Source of the DNA: Owenia fusiformis
Lineage: Eukaryota
Direction: 5' to 3'
DNA: 64,000 nt
Assembly: GCA_903813345.2 (NCBI GenBank)
Contig: CAIIXF020000001.1
Coordinates: 33,232,001 to 33,296,000, forward strand
Of this stretch, positions 1 through 12,771 are shown piece after piece (positions within the stretch are counted from its first letter, which is position 1; each line of letters opens with the position of its first letter). A program made the translations under genes and the position numbers. The notes beneath the pieces are model-generated. The model saw nothing but the letters and a program-made list of their open reading frames with translations, did not search any database and was not told the origin of the DNA.

Positions 1-375
1 GTGTTTTCTAAGTTTCTCAAAGTTTGTGACTACAAATCAATATTTTTGAATTAAAGTCAGGATATATATTCCTCTAAAGGTTTTACACATAATAACAATT
101 GATTATCTATTAAAATTCTGCACCAGTTTTGAGATATTGGACCTCAAAAACTGAAAAAGGTCTAATGTTGAAATTTTTCAAGGTCAAATTTCACATTGCT
201 TCAAATTGACCAAACTTTTTTTTAAAAATCATCTACAAGATGCCTGGAGTTCATATATGTCCTTGTTTTTAAGATTTGACCTTTGGCTGACCTTTAAATG
301 TTCAAAAAAGCCTACGGGGCCTCCGTAAGATTGCTTGCAATCTTTATACGATTGCTTGCAATCTTATACATCTAG
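1..375 (+). mobile_element. HINE family C, 3' part (cut by window edge)
   Basis: Reverse complement of about 44235-44590. Ends GGCCTCC + hairpin AAGATTGCTTGCAATCTT (duplicated) + CTAG, then (TTA)n. Confidence 0.85.
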
Positions 376-390
376 TTATTATTATTATTA

Positions 391-1267
391 TTATTCATAT
401 TTGGTATGTAAATATTTTAAGCATGGCACAATGTCTAATGACATTTTGGGTAGTAGGAGGCCATTTTGAAAAATGGCCGCCATTTTTACGTGTGTTATTT
501 TACATTTTTTTACTATAACTCAAAAAGTAGTAGAGCGATTTTGTTTATATTTTATATGTGAATACTATAAGCATGGCACACTGTCTAATGACACTTTGGG
601 TAGTAGGCGGCCATTTTGAATAATGGCCACCATTTTTACGTTTTTTACTATAACTTGAAAAGTAGTGGAGCGATTTTGTTCATATTTGATATGTAAATTC
701 TCATGAGCCTTCCACACTGTCTCATGACACCGCGTAGTAGGCGGCCATTTTAAAAATGGCTGTCATTTTTACATTTTTTACTATAACTTGAAAAGTATTG
801 GAGCGATTTTGTTCATATTTGATATGTGAATACTTTAAGCATGGCACATTGTCTAATAAAACTTTGGGGAGAAGTCAGCCATTTTAAAAAATGCCACCAT
901 TTTTATGTGTGTTCTTATACATTTTTATTAAAACTCAAAAAGTAATAGAGCGATTTTGTTCATATTTGATATGTGAATACTTGTAAGGATTGCATACTGT
1001 CTTATGACATTTTGGGTAGTAGGCGGCGATTTTAAAAAATGACCAGCATTTACATGTATGTGTGTGACATTATTTAAAAATTTTATATGTGGCTACTTAA
1101 AAGCATATTACTTCTTCTGATGACAACTTGGCTAATGAGCAACCATTTTGAAAATGGTGGCTTTTCTTATGGGTGTTATTTAATGATTCTATATATTTCG
1201 TTTGTAAAAATGCCAGCCATTTCTGTTCGATGGGATTCGCTACGCTTTAGCGTTGCCGTTGTTCTGG
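391..1267 (+). mobile_element. HINE family B, 3' part with ~135-145 bp tandem units
   Basis: Units contain GAGCGATTTTGTTCATATTT. End is subTIR GTTCGATGGGAT + hairpin GCTACGCTTTAGCGTTGC + CTGG, as at 18793. Confidence 0.85.
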
Positions 1268-1464
1268 TTGAATGATGTATCACTAGTAGGAAAATCAAAG
1301 GGATTGGTCCATAAAAAGTATCTGTGTATAAAAGCGTCTATTACTTATTGATCACCCCTCGTAAGCACCATTTTAGTTGATTTGAATACTTCTTAATTTA
1401 TGACAGTGCTACCAAATAAAATGTTTTTCTACCTTAAACTTCAGACATTAAGGTACTGATACGG

Positions 1465-2272
1465 GTTTGTAGAAAAAATGGGTACCTGGTAGTAAATCCT
1501 CCATGCTGGGTTCAAACTTGGTACCAGGTACCCAGTCGAAAAAACCGGGTACCCAAGAAAACGAAAAATATGAATATATAACATAGAAAACGTGTAAGAT
1601 ATGTTTTGAATTTACAAAAATGTATGTAACTTCCTTCAAAATAAAATAAAATAAAATATGCTTCAAATATAAAGCATTTTAAGGCTCTTTTCTTCCTCTA
1701 TCATCATGGTCATATTTTCATTCGTTATGGGGGGGGGGTTGCGATCACACCATTGCACCCCTCCTGGCTACGCCTATGACATTGTAGGATGTAACAATTT
1801 ACACTTCAGTGGACGTTTTGTCGAAAATTGGGATAACATGATTAATAATCAAAATCTTACATGTTGCATCATGTAAATTAACACATGTCACCTCTCTGCT
1901 AAAGTAACGATAGCTATTTACAGAATTAAATCATAATCAAAACAATTCACGCACCAACATACGAACTATTGAAAATAGAGTAAGATTGATTTGATATGTT
2001 CTTAAAATCGTCTTATATTGTCACACCGCACCCCCCCCCCCCATAACCAATGAAAAGAAAAGAGCCTTAAAATGCTTTTTATTTGAAGCTTCTAGCCCAA
2101 TTTTGAAGGAAGTTACATACATTTTTGTAAATTCAAAACAAATCTTACACGTTTTCTAATGATATATGTTATATATTCGTAATTTTCAGTACCCGTTTTT
2201 TTCGACCGGGTACCAATTTTGAACCCAGCATGGAGGATTTACTACCCGGTACCCAGTTTTTTTCTACAAACT
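1465..2272. mobile_element. Foldback MITE with Mutator-like termini
   Basis: About 1465-1740 is an inverted copy of about 2020-2272. Termini GGGTTTGTAGAAAAAA resemble the MITE at 26549. No TSD seen. Confidence 0.7.
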
Positions 2273-2415
2273 CAAAGAATCTAGAAGCAAGAGAAGGAAG
2301 CAAGACCCAACAAATTATATAGACCCATATTTTATGGGTTTTTCTTGAAAAATTTGAATATGCAAAAGAGTGTCAATGTGACATCATAATTCAAGAAGGC
2401 GGATTTGAACTTTTT

Positions 2416-2898
2416 ATAATATATCCTATTCCTAGATGTACTCTCTATATATCTTGAACTATCCTATCCTACAGTATGAGTCTGCTGGTTAGCAAGAGAG
2501 AAGCGGAAACGCGAAAACCGGTGGGCGCAAGACTGATGTTTCTGAGGGTGGGGAAACTTATATTCTTCCCAAGAGACAAAGCAAGAGACAGGGATTATCC
2601 CAAAACCAAGAAATGAAGTCTTGTATTGGTCAACTGACTCTCACAGTATAATTTACAACCTAGAAGACTGACATTGGTGTCCATAGCAATTGAGCATCTC
2701 AAATTAAACATACATGATTGGGTGTACAATGAAAAATAAGTGTGCCACTGACTAAAAGCCACCAGCCTCTGTAAGAATAAGAACTGGAACTAAATACACA
2801 ATGGTGATTGGTTGACAATGGTACAATACTGTTAATGAAATATGAATGGGAGATAGAAGACCTGAAAATATAACATATAAGGACCCATGTCCGTCACA
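2416..2898 (-). repeat. 3' LTR (partial)
   Basis: Starts TGTGACGG on the minus strand directly after the PPT. 2416-2520 matches 26036-26140. Confidence 0.8.
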
Positions 2899-2914
2899 CC
2901 ACATCCCTCCTTTC
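2899..2914 (-). promoter_or_regulatory. Polypurine tract
   Basis: Minus strand GAAAGGAGGGATGTGG abuts the LTR TG. Confidence 0.75.
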
Positions 2915-3248
2915 GGAATAAGATCGACCCCGATCTTACAATATAAAATAAAACACAATATCAAACACAAAACTAGCTCCCTTAATGTTCATCTAACTGT
3001 TTAAAGTAGAACTAAAATCATATATGTGATGTAACAAAGATGGCATGACAATCAAATACAAGAATGTTTCAGGACAAACCAAAATAGATATCACTGGATC
3101 AACGTACAATAAATCTGGAATAACAATCATTTAACAGTTTCTGAACAACAAAAATAGATATCACTTTAGAGTGTAACAACATGTACCATGGTATATATAA
3201 ACAAACAATGAAACAAAATACATGGAATGCAATACACAATTTTGTAAT

Positions 3249-6200
3249 CGGTCATTCCACATATAAGGAAACATTTAAGGTTCCAAACTTTTGAAAAATG
3301 AACTTCGTTTCATTGCATTCATTTTCAGATTTTGATTTTGTTTTATGTATCCTCTATAAAATCCCCAAGTTTTGGCATTTTAACTTTTATATATCAAAAG
3401 TTACACTATTTTGAAAATAAGAGGTGTAAAATTATAAAAAGCGTATAGTTTAAGATTCGTTCTCGATACCTCTTTTATTCTATGGAGATTTTAGCTAACT
3501 TGATATGCGATGTCTTCTTCTGGTAATCTCTATTCTATAGATCACTAAGAAACAAAACTATAAATTGCATTTGGGAAATCACTAATCATTTTAATCAAGA
3601 AATAACATAAATGTACGTTGTAATGCATAAATGCAGTCGCTTCTCAAAAAAATTGTTTTACAAAACGCAACACTGTCATGTTTTCTCATGATGTTTAACA
3701 CAACATGTGAAAAGTTATTTTGGGCATACAATGAAACTGTGGGATTTCGCTTTCAAATCATCATATATTTGTATGTGGCAAAGACATCTAGTAATAATCA
3801 GAAATAAGTTAAACTTGTCAGTGCAAAACAACGTCGCTTAAAGTAAAAATTGACGCAATTGTTAATCCACCGAATCTTTCTCGTATATCCAAAGTCTTAA
3901 AACACAAGCTCCTGTTCATTGTTTCGTCACCATAAACCATTTATATCTTTTAATAGATCGAGATACAAAATTACTTTGAAAATAATAACGTATCTTAATA
4001 TTTTTATCGAAACATTTTAACTCGATCAATATCATTTACTTATTTGTTTAGAAGAATATAAACTCGTGATATGACAAACTACAAACAATAACAACTTCTT
4101 AAACAACAAAACATAAAATGCTTCATAGCAGAGGAAAATGAAAGAGAACATCGCTTAAATCTAAGACATTTCGTTCCTTTACAAATGTCAAATGTTTACT
4201 TCACTGGAATAAGGCTATGTTACACTTGCAAAAAGTTCAATATCTTTCATGATTTTTACTTTTTCCCCAAAATACACTTAGATGCCGAAAGACCAGTCTT
4301 TCTCGAATAAATCCACACCATCAGATTCAAAATCCGTCCATGATTGACTGCATGGGACAGATTTTATAGACTCATGTGAAATCTGATTTGCGCCAATTTC
4401 TCAGTGGTTGGATATGTGGTGATCAATTCTTTTTTGGTGTGGATGCTGTGGACACTGATATCTTGATATAATAAATGATCCAGTTGTTTCTTTTCTGGAT
4501 AGAAAACAAGATTTCATTGTCAGAGTGTTCAATTTTGTTATGATGGCAACAGGATGGTGCAAAGGCCTGTGGCAGTTTGTTTGGTAGAACTTTTTGGAAA
4601 TAAGAAGGTAGCATTGAATTACAAAATGGATTGGCCCCCAGGGTTATCCCGCTTAACACCCTTGATTTTTTGAAGGGCCTCTGAAAACGCTTTACAGCAT
4701 CGCAACTGACCTAAATGAACTTCTGCAAAAACAATTGATAGAATCAGTGTGATATTACAATGCATGTGCGTATGAGCAAGGGTATCTCAGATTTGCTTTG
4801 GAGAACATGTTTCTTCATCATGTTTATGTGGATAGACCCAATGATCATATGTAAGACAAATAGGAAAATTGCAGAATGACTCAGGTAAAGGTCAAACTTC
4901 TACTCAGAAGAAAGTTAACCGTTAAAGAAACTGTTTCTCTTTTGTCATTTGGTCCATCCAATCACTTAGAAGTTGGCGCAAGTCAGGTTTGACCATGGGA
5001 CACTAAAAGTAACCAATCAAGGACAGATTTTGAATCTGATGGTGTCAAATTATTCGAGAAAGATATGTCTTTTGGTGTCTAAAGTACATTTTAGTGGAAA
5101 AGTCAAAATTATGAAACATATTGAACTTTTTGTAAGTGTAACATTTTTTGAGACACACTGTAGATGTGCTCCACTTTTGCAAGATCAATTGGCGGCGATT
5201 TTCATCATCTTATTTCAATTGTTTCCCATTTTCTTCTGATACGTTTCTTTTCAAGGTATTTTTGTCCCTCGATTCTTTTCTTTCTTTCTCTATTATTCTT
5301 TGGAATTTCTGCTTTAGTCTTGGCCATATTCTGCGACAAATTGTGAATTCCCGGGTTAGTTACCACTATTAAAACAGAAATAAAACAAGTATTAAGCGAC
5401 ATTATCAAAAGCAACGTACCTTAATTGATATAAAACTCAAGTCGTATGTGATTTGGGAAAAACGTTGACATCATGTTTTAACAATGACCAATTAAGTTTT
5501 TTATTTAGAATATCTTTCAACCGAATCGGGATATCCTAGATCTTTGATTAACCAGCTTTGCTTAGGCAAAATATACAGGTGTTGTACTTACGCGATTGCT
5601 GTATTATTTAGGGATTATAAGGAAGAAATCCAATTTCTTTTGACTGCAAATAAAGTATGGCGTATCATGAGATCACATGATGATCTCCTCCACTGAGTTA
5701 GCAGCATTTATTGCTGAGTTAATCAACTTATCTCGCACTTTCCGTAACGTACCTTATTGCAACGTACATGAGGAAAACTCATTACATGTTCCAATAAAGC
5801 AATATAACAGAGCGAACAAAGGTAATGAGCACATTGTATTGAATGTCCGCCTTGTCATATTCAAGAATTTATTTACTAATTCCATCAAGTTATTACAAAA
5901 TGTTGGGAAATGTTGTAACGTTCCTTAAAATCCTTATCTTTTGAATTGAAAAATGACACCTTTATGACCTATAACTTTTGTCCTGGATAGAATACAGTTT
6001 TGAAACTTTGCATGCATTTTGATAAATCATTTTTTGATAAAATGTCACTCTGGGTTAAACATTTAAGTGATTCGTGCATTATCTAGAAATTGAAATATCT
6101 AAAGTGGTATTTTAGAAAAAAAACTGGCGACATGGGTTCCGGACATCTGATTATTAGGTTGGAAAGAATTAAATTACTCGAAACGTTGGTAAAATACAGT

Positions 6201-6502
6201 GTATACCCACAGGCATCTTTTCAGGAAGTTTGGATGTGTTCTGAAATCTATAACTACTTCATTTATGCTAATAAAACATCACTATGCACTCTGGCGACAT
6301 AACGTACCTGAGGAATTTGTCATCAAATCAAGTTAGAAAAAATTCTCACTTACTACCAATCAATTAAAATTTGCTGTTTGGTGGTTGTACAAGTGGGTAT
6401 TGGTCCTAAGTAGATGTTCCTAAAAAGTTTCTATATATATCTATTAACGCTTGAGAAAAAACCCTTGGCGACACGAATGTCTGCTTATATGTGGAATGAC
6501 CG
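3249..6502. mobile_element. Non-autonomous TIR DNA transposon, 3-bp TSD (superfamily uncertain, possibly Zator)
   Basis: TIR CGGTCATTCCACATATAAG at both ends. AAT on both flanks. No transposase ORF recognised. Confidence 0.75.
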
Positions 6503-6667
6503 AATAATATGTAAGTGCAATGATGTCCACCAATAATAAATCATGACAGATATAACCTCCCCAGCATCCACAATCTGGCAAGATTGTAAAATTAAATGCT
6601 CAACAAGGCAGTACAATAAAAGTACAAACTAAAGTCTGTACATTGCAAAGGTGTAAACTACAAATAA

Positions 6668-8392
6668 CTAGACATGTAAATTGACCAAGTTCAATTTAAG
6701 ACTCCAGATTTCAAACTTTTTTTAAGCTGAGTCATCCAGAATACTTGTAAGCTGAGTCATCCAGAATAAGCTGAGTCAGCTAGAATATAGACATTTAGAC
6801 GACTCTTAAGAATGTTATCTTCGACTCCATTGGCTTAACATGGGGATATCATCATATCGACTTTTCGAGACTTCAAACCGCTATAACTATCTAACCAGAA
6901 GTCGGCTCGAAATTTTGTTTGCAGATTCGGATTCCTGAGAACATTCTACCCATAAGTCATACGTTAAATTTGGAGAACCTTTCGTGTTGACCTACTTTTC
7001 AGGCACTATATCTCAAAAGTGGGTCAAAATACTTTCTCACAGCAAAAGGCTAACACTATTAGCACACTCTTTGCTACCTGTATACAAAATTTTGAAGCAA
7101 TTTATTAAAGTGTAGTGTCAGAATCGCAAAAATAAGTTAAAACTATAAATTTGACCTAGATTTTGACCTAGGCATTTTGGTGTCCAAATTTTGAAGCTAG
7201 ATAGCTTTTGAGGTCCCTTTCTTTTATAGGCTTTAATTATATAAAGCTGTACTCAGTCTATATCTCGTATTTTACACTTCAAAAAAATCTTTTTTCCCAT
7301 TGCCATAACATGGGGCACCGAATTGAGTGATTTTTGAGCTTTCAAAACGCCATAACTTCCGAACCAAAAGTCAGATTGAAATTTGGTTTGCAGATTCGGA
7401 TTCCTGAGAAAAGTCTACCCTTAATTCATAACTCATTTGACCTACTTTTCGGACACCATATCTCAAAAGTGGGTCAAAATACTTTCTGACGGCAAAAAGC
7501 TAACACTATAAGCACACTTTTTGCTACCTGTTTACAAAATTTGGAAGCAAATCATTAAAGCGTAGTGTCAGAATCGCAAAAATAAGGAAAACTTTTGGAT
7601 TTGACCTAGATTTTGACCTAGGTATTTTGGTGTCAAAATTTTGAAGCTAGATGTCTTTTGAAGTCCCCTTCTATTAAAAGCTTTCATTAAATTAAGCTGA
7701 ACTCAGTCTATATTTCGTATTTCTCACTTCAAAAAAATCTTTTTTCCCATTGACTTAACATAGGCACCAAATTTAGCGATTTTTGAGCTTTTAAAACGAC
7801 ATAATTTCCCAACCAGAAGTCGGACCGAAATTTGGTTTGCAGATTCGGATTCCTGAGAAAATTCGACACTTATTTCATAACTCACATGTTGAATTTTGAG
7901 AACTTTTTGTTCTGACCTACTTTCCAGACGCCATATCTCAAAATTGGTAAGAGTAATCAAAAAACGGATGGCACATTATAAATGGGCTGTTTCTAAGCTA
8001 CATGATGAAAAAAAGAGGAAGACGTTTCGATAAATGACGACGAAGATAATAGACAGAAGGTTGAAAATGTAAGATTTGACCTAGTTCTTGACCTTTGACC
8101 TAGATAAAAATTTGACCCAATTCCCGAGGAACTAGATACTGGACCTGAATTGACCATATACAGGACTTGACTCAATGTCTTCTAGTTACTGAGAAAACGT
8201 TTAGAGAATAATAAAGAAGAAGAAGAATACTGACAAAAGCTATAGACTCCAGATTTACATCTGGAGTCTAATAAAAAGAATAATAAGAATAAGAAAACTG
8301 ACGAAAACAATAGACTCCAGATTTCATCTGGAGTCTAATAAGAAGAAAACAGGCAAAAGCAATAGACTCCAGATTTTCAATCTGGAGTCTAA
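6668..8392 (-). mobile_element. HINE family D with ~460 bp internal repeats and three stacked 5' hairpins
   Basis: 3' end on minus strand: ATCTGGAGTCT + hairpin TAAATTGAACTTGGTCAATTTA + CTAG. 5' hairpins TAGACTCCAGAT-n-ATCTGGAGTCTA at 8243, 8311 and 8363. Confidence 0.85.
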
Positions 8393-9479
8393 TTAAAGCA
8401 AAATCTGATGAAGTAGAAAAATAAAAATTGTCCAATATAATTATATAATACACCAGGGCCAGCAGCATGTGGTATCAACAATAACAAATCGTAGTACATT
8501 CCATAGTAAAGTCAGCTGGGATAATTATCATAAGTAAATAAATATCCATCAGTATACATTTAAGCAGCAACAACATCAATGAAGTCTAGTGACCCTGATA
8601 ATGTTAGTCCATAGTTTAATAAAAGGTCAAGAAGTATAATCCAAGTAATATCTCCAAGTCACTGCATCAGAGAATTGTTCCATCTGTAGATCACTTTATA
8701 ACATATACATAATAAGTCAGAAATTGGTTCACCAGGCCCTCTAGCTGTGATTGTGCTATTTCCTGTTGTGGCTGTGCTTCTTGGTATAATTGTGCCCCTG
8801 GTTGTCCCTTTGTTGGCCATTGGGTTGTGTCCGTTGCTCTTCTGGTTGTACTTCTTGTTGGTCCCTGTGTTGTGCCCCTTGCTCTTCTGGTTGTTGTCAA
8901 TGCCGTATAATGGGTCAGATATAACATACACCACCCGCCTGTCATCGGAGGTGTTGCTGATAACAAGTGCGACATGTTGACACTGTCTACTTAATGTTTC
9001 ACTTTATTCAATATCATTTTCAGAACTAATTATCGTTTATAACGTGTCTACCAATATAACACATAAATTTAAAATAAAAATTTAAACAAGTTCGCATGTG
9101 CAACGATTTCACTTTCTTTGTTTTACATAAGTGTGCGTAAGATATCGAATTAAATCTTCATGTTCCCTTGATCAATTTATTTCTAACGAGTCAACATCTA
9201 ATGATGTACCAATTTCATCGTCGTTTTTATTGTTTACTTTGTCAACATCGGGCGCGTTTGCATTCACCATTTAATTTGGTAATTACATATGCCGAAATAT
9301 TGTACCTGGGAATATTCCAAACACTCGAACGGTAAATTCTCTAAATACAATGTCTGACTTGCAATTTGTAATACACCATTTAATCTCTTTAGAAATCGTA
9401 TCGCAATACCATGAGTATACAATGTATATCCGCCATGTACATCAAAGCGGTTGGAAAAGTTTCGTACTCGGTACCCTTT

Positions 9480-9600
9480 GCTAATTTAAATGTGAAATTT
9501 GCCTAAATATCTTTACTTTTCAAGAGCATATAGTACACTGAAAGTTGCCTCTGCGTCTACCAAACAACTAATTAGATCATTAATGCATAAATATAGATAC
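9480..9600 (-). pseudogene. Degenerate retroviral-type aspartic protease segment
   Basis: Minus strand reads CINDLISCLVDAEATFSVL, a decayed LVDTGA motif. Stop codons follow. Confidence 0.6.
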
Positions 9601-10572
9601 AGTTCCTCATGAGTTTCACGAGATTTTGACTATCAACTTCACCTTTGTATACATTGCCAGGTTCTTTGACAGCATTCAATTTTTCGCCGTCAAACTCTAC
9701 ACAATTTCCAGATCTAAATATTTCTTCACCAGAGCTATTCATTACAGTACGTGTATTGTTTGCGCGGAGAGGAGTAGCATCAACCGTTTCTTCGTCATTT
9801 TTTATTAATACCTGAACTTTCTAAACTACTAAACATGGTTGCTGATGACGTACTATCGATTTTATCACTGTCCCAACTAAAACTAATTCCGCGAAGTTTG
9901 TCAAACAATCATTATGCATGTTGAACTCAGATTTGTTTTTGTTATGTCCCCACCACATAGTGTGGGGCCATATTGTCGGCCTAGGCGCGTCCGACTGTCT
10001 GTCCGTCCATACGTCCGGGAGTTTTCTCCAAAACTGCTGCAGATATCACCTTCAAATTTTCAGGGATAACTTATGAGTGCATATAGATGTGGATGAAAAA
10101 AAAATTAACTCGAAAACTACTTCCTGTCAGCCATTTTGAAGTCAAATGCTAAAATCCTTGTCTGCAAACTTTAAAGTGTGCGCCAAAGTTTAAAACTGCG
10201 CAGGCGCAGCGCTCTCGCTAACCTATATAAAGAGATTACAAGGTACAGGCTTCAGCGGTAAGTCAGGAAGGTGAACAATCTTCGTCCCATGTTGATTTCC
10301 CGTATATTCGTAAACAGGCAAGTTTCACCATTGAAATATACTTTGTAGATGTTGTTTATGAGCTATTAAGTGTATGCATCAATCAAATGTCTCATTTTGA
10401 ACATATAAAAAGTATTTGTGTTTTGTTTCCCAGGGAATCGTATTCCCATGTAGTACACACATAAATAGTGTACATTATGTAGTACTTGAATAGCCTGGTT
10501 TATATAATATTGAAAGGCATGCTGATTGTACACACGAGTACATGCACAAAGGCCTAATACTAGAGAGGTTAA

Positions 10573-11328
10573 GGTCTCATGGAAGTTAACAGGAAATGAC
10601 AAAACAAAAAATGACAACGCCATGCTGGATTTTGAAAATTTTTTGAACCAAGATAACAGAGTTCTGTTTGGACCTCCAGTCAGTTTAACTAGTTCCAAAT
10701 ATCATTTACATGACCAGGAACACAATTGAAAGGGTCAGAATGACCATAAACATGATAAAATAACCTTTTTAGCCCTCTGAAAATGTGACTGAAAAATAGC
10801 TAAAAGTAGGTGCTCAGGAAAGGTCAATGAACAGAATCTTTTGATTTTTTCAGAATATGTGTCCAATATATTGCTCTAAATGACACAATCTTTGAAATTT
10901 TAAAAAATCGTCTGAAACAATAATGGCTGTAGTAAAAAGGAAAATAGATCGATTTTCAATTCAGTTTTTTTCAATTTTTTCTTTTTCTAAGAATGATATC
11001 AAATTTTTTGAATTGTATCATTTAGAGCAATATATTGGGCACATTTTCTGAAAAAGTCAAAAGATTCTGTTCAGTGACCTTTCCTGAGCACCTACTCTTA
11101 GCTTTTTTTTAGTCACATTTTCAGAGGGCTCAAAAGGTTATTCTATCATGTTTATGGTCATTCTGACCATTTCAACTGTGTTCCTGGTCATGTAAATGAT
11201 ATGTGGAACTAGTTAAACTGACTGGAGGTCCAAACAGAACTCTGTTATCTTGGTTCAAAAAATTTTCAAAATCCAGCATGGCTTTGTCATTTTTTGTTTT
11301 GTCACTTCCTGTTAACTTCCATGAGACC
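10573..11328. mobile_element. Kolobok-type foldback MITE
   Basis: TTAA|GGTCTCATGGAAG...CTTCCATGAGACC|TTAA. Inverted arms of over 300 bp at high identity. Confidence 0.85.
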
Positions 11329-11332
11329 TTAA

Positions 11333-12771
11333 GCTACACGTATAAATGCAAACCGTGAACCTGAACGCGTAAGTCCACGCTCAAGTACACGTTTAAGAAA
11401 ATTTTCTGTTAAGCTACACGTCTGAAACCATGCCAGTGGACGTGGTGCTATATTTATGTGGTGTTTGTATTTAAAGGTCATGTCTCTATGGTGTAATGGA
11501 TAGCACTTCGGACTCGTGTCCGTTAGGCCTGGGTTCGAATCTGGTCGCATCAAAACATTGTGTTTTTTATTTTTGCTTTATTTCATATTCAACCACAATT
11601 AAATGATCTAGTGCGCCCTCCATTATGATCTCCCCATGAACAAAATAAATTCATCTGATTTTTCAAAATAAATATACTGCTTTTATCATTACATTTATAT
11701 GTACACTAGTATCTTGTTGACCTATATTCAGCACTGTATTGATGTATGGGCCACTTATTAGGGCCAATGTTCAATCATAAAGTGTACAGGGGTAGAAATG
11801 CCAAACTACCTGTAGGAAGTCTTTGTGTGTCCGTCAAAATCCATTTGCATCCTACACATCCCTACATCTTATCCAAATATGTTATTAATTAATGAAACAT
11901 AACAGTATAATCTTTGGATTTACAAAGTTGTATGGGATTTCATAAGTGTAAAAGTTGCTTTTGAAGCATTTTTCTATAGCCATTTTGTAGGAAAAAATGA
12001 TGAAAAATGTATAATCTTTTAATCATTTTTAAGCATTTTTCTATAGCCATTTTGTAGGAAAAAATGATGAAAAATGTATAATCTTTTAATTTGAAGTATG
12101 ACCTGAATCGATTGCAAACTTTATATTTGCACATCTGATGTGATATACCATTTGTGTCATATTAATTGTGAAATTATTTAATTTGCAACCAATTCAGGTC
12201 ATTCAGTCATTCAGATTCAGGCAAATCAAATGTCGTGATAAGGCAATCGTAGGCCCTGGTTGTCATTTCATTTCGTTTAGTATACATATTGTACCAAGCC
12301 CCGGGTATCAAATTAGCCCTGCCTATTTATATTGTACGGAATGAACAATCGATCACATTTAAAGTTGTAATTTACTCATTAAAATGTATTATTAGTTCCA
12401 ATTAAGGATTAGGGTTTACCAATATAACAAGCAAGATTGTTTGTATCAAATATGGGCTCCCGGGCCATCCTAGAACATAGCTAAAATCAATCACGTAATG
12501 AGCGACGTGTAATCACTCATCTACACGTAAAAACCTGTAACTTTCACGCTTACCTGTAGAAAGTAGACTAATCTGACGTCATTTTCCTGCGCGCGCATAG
12601 AAGTACACGTTCATGCTTTGTTGAATACGCGTCTGTAAATTGCACGAATATGATAATCTCATGTATCGACTTGTAAACTCCACGATGGCCCACAGGAAAT
12701 AAACAAATCTTACGTCATTTATCTGCGCGCGCATTGAAGTTCACGTTCAAGTTTTGTTAAATACGTGTAGC
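11333..12771. mobile_element. Non-autonomous TIR element containing a tRNA-like sequence
   Basis: TTAA|GCTACACGTA...TACGTGTAGC|TTAA (TSD is TTAA or TA). Subterminal direct repeats near 12577 and 12712. Confidence 0.75.
11482..11552 (+). pseudogene. tRNA-derived sequence (tRNA-Gln-like) with Pol III A and B boxes
   Basis: A box TGGTGTAATGG, B box GGTTCGAATC, D and T arms recognisable. Anticodon loop and acceptor stem are degenerate. T-runs lie downstream. Confidence 0.65.

Noticed and set aside
3249..6502. Autonomous transposase gene
   Set aside because: No long ORF or DDE motif could be recognised in any frame.
8243..8391. CRISPR array (28-bp palindromic repeats with spacers; also 52060-52179)
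   Set aside because: Only three repeats, microsatellite spacers, no cas genes, eukaryotic context. The repeat is the subterminal inverted repeat of the adjacent HINE.
8747..8980. Very hydrophobic 77-aa ORF suggesting a membrane protein or env
   Set aside because: It is the antisense reading of a CAA-rich, partly duplicated stretch within the LTR element. It has a non-ATG start and no recognisable motif.
11482..11552. Functional tRNA gene
   Set aside because: The acceptor stem does not pair and the anticodon loop is irregular.
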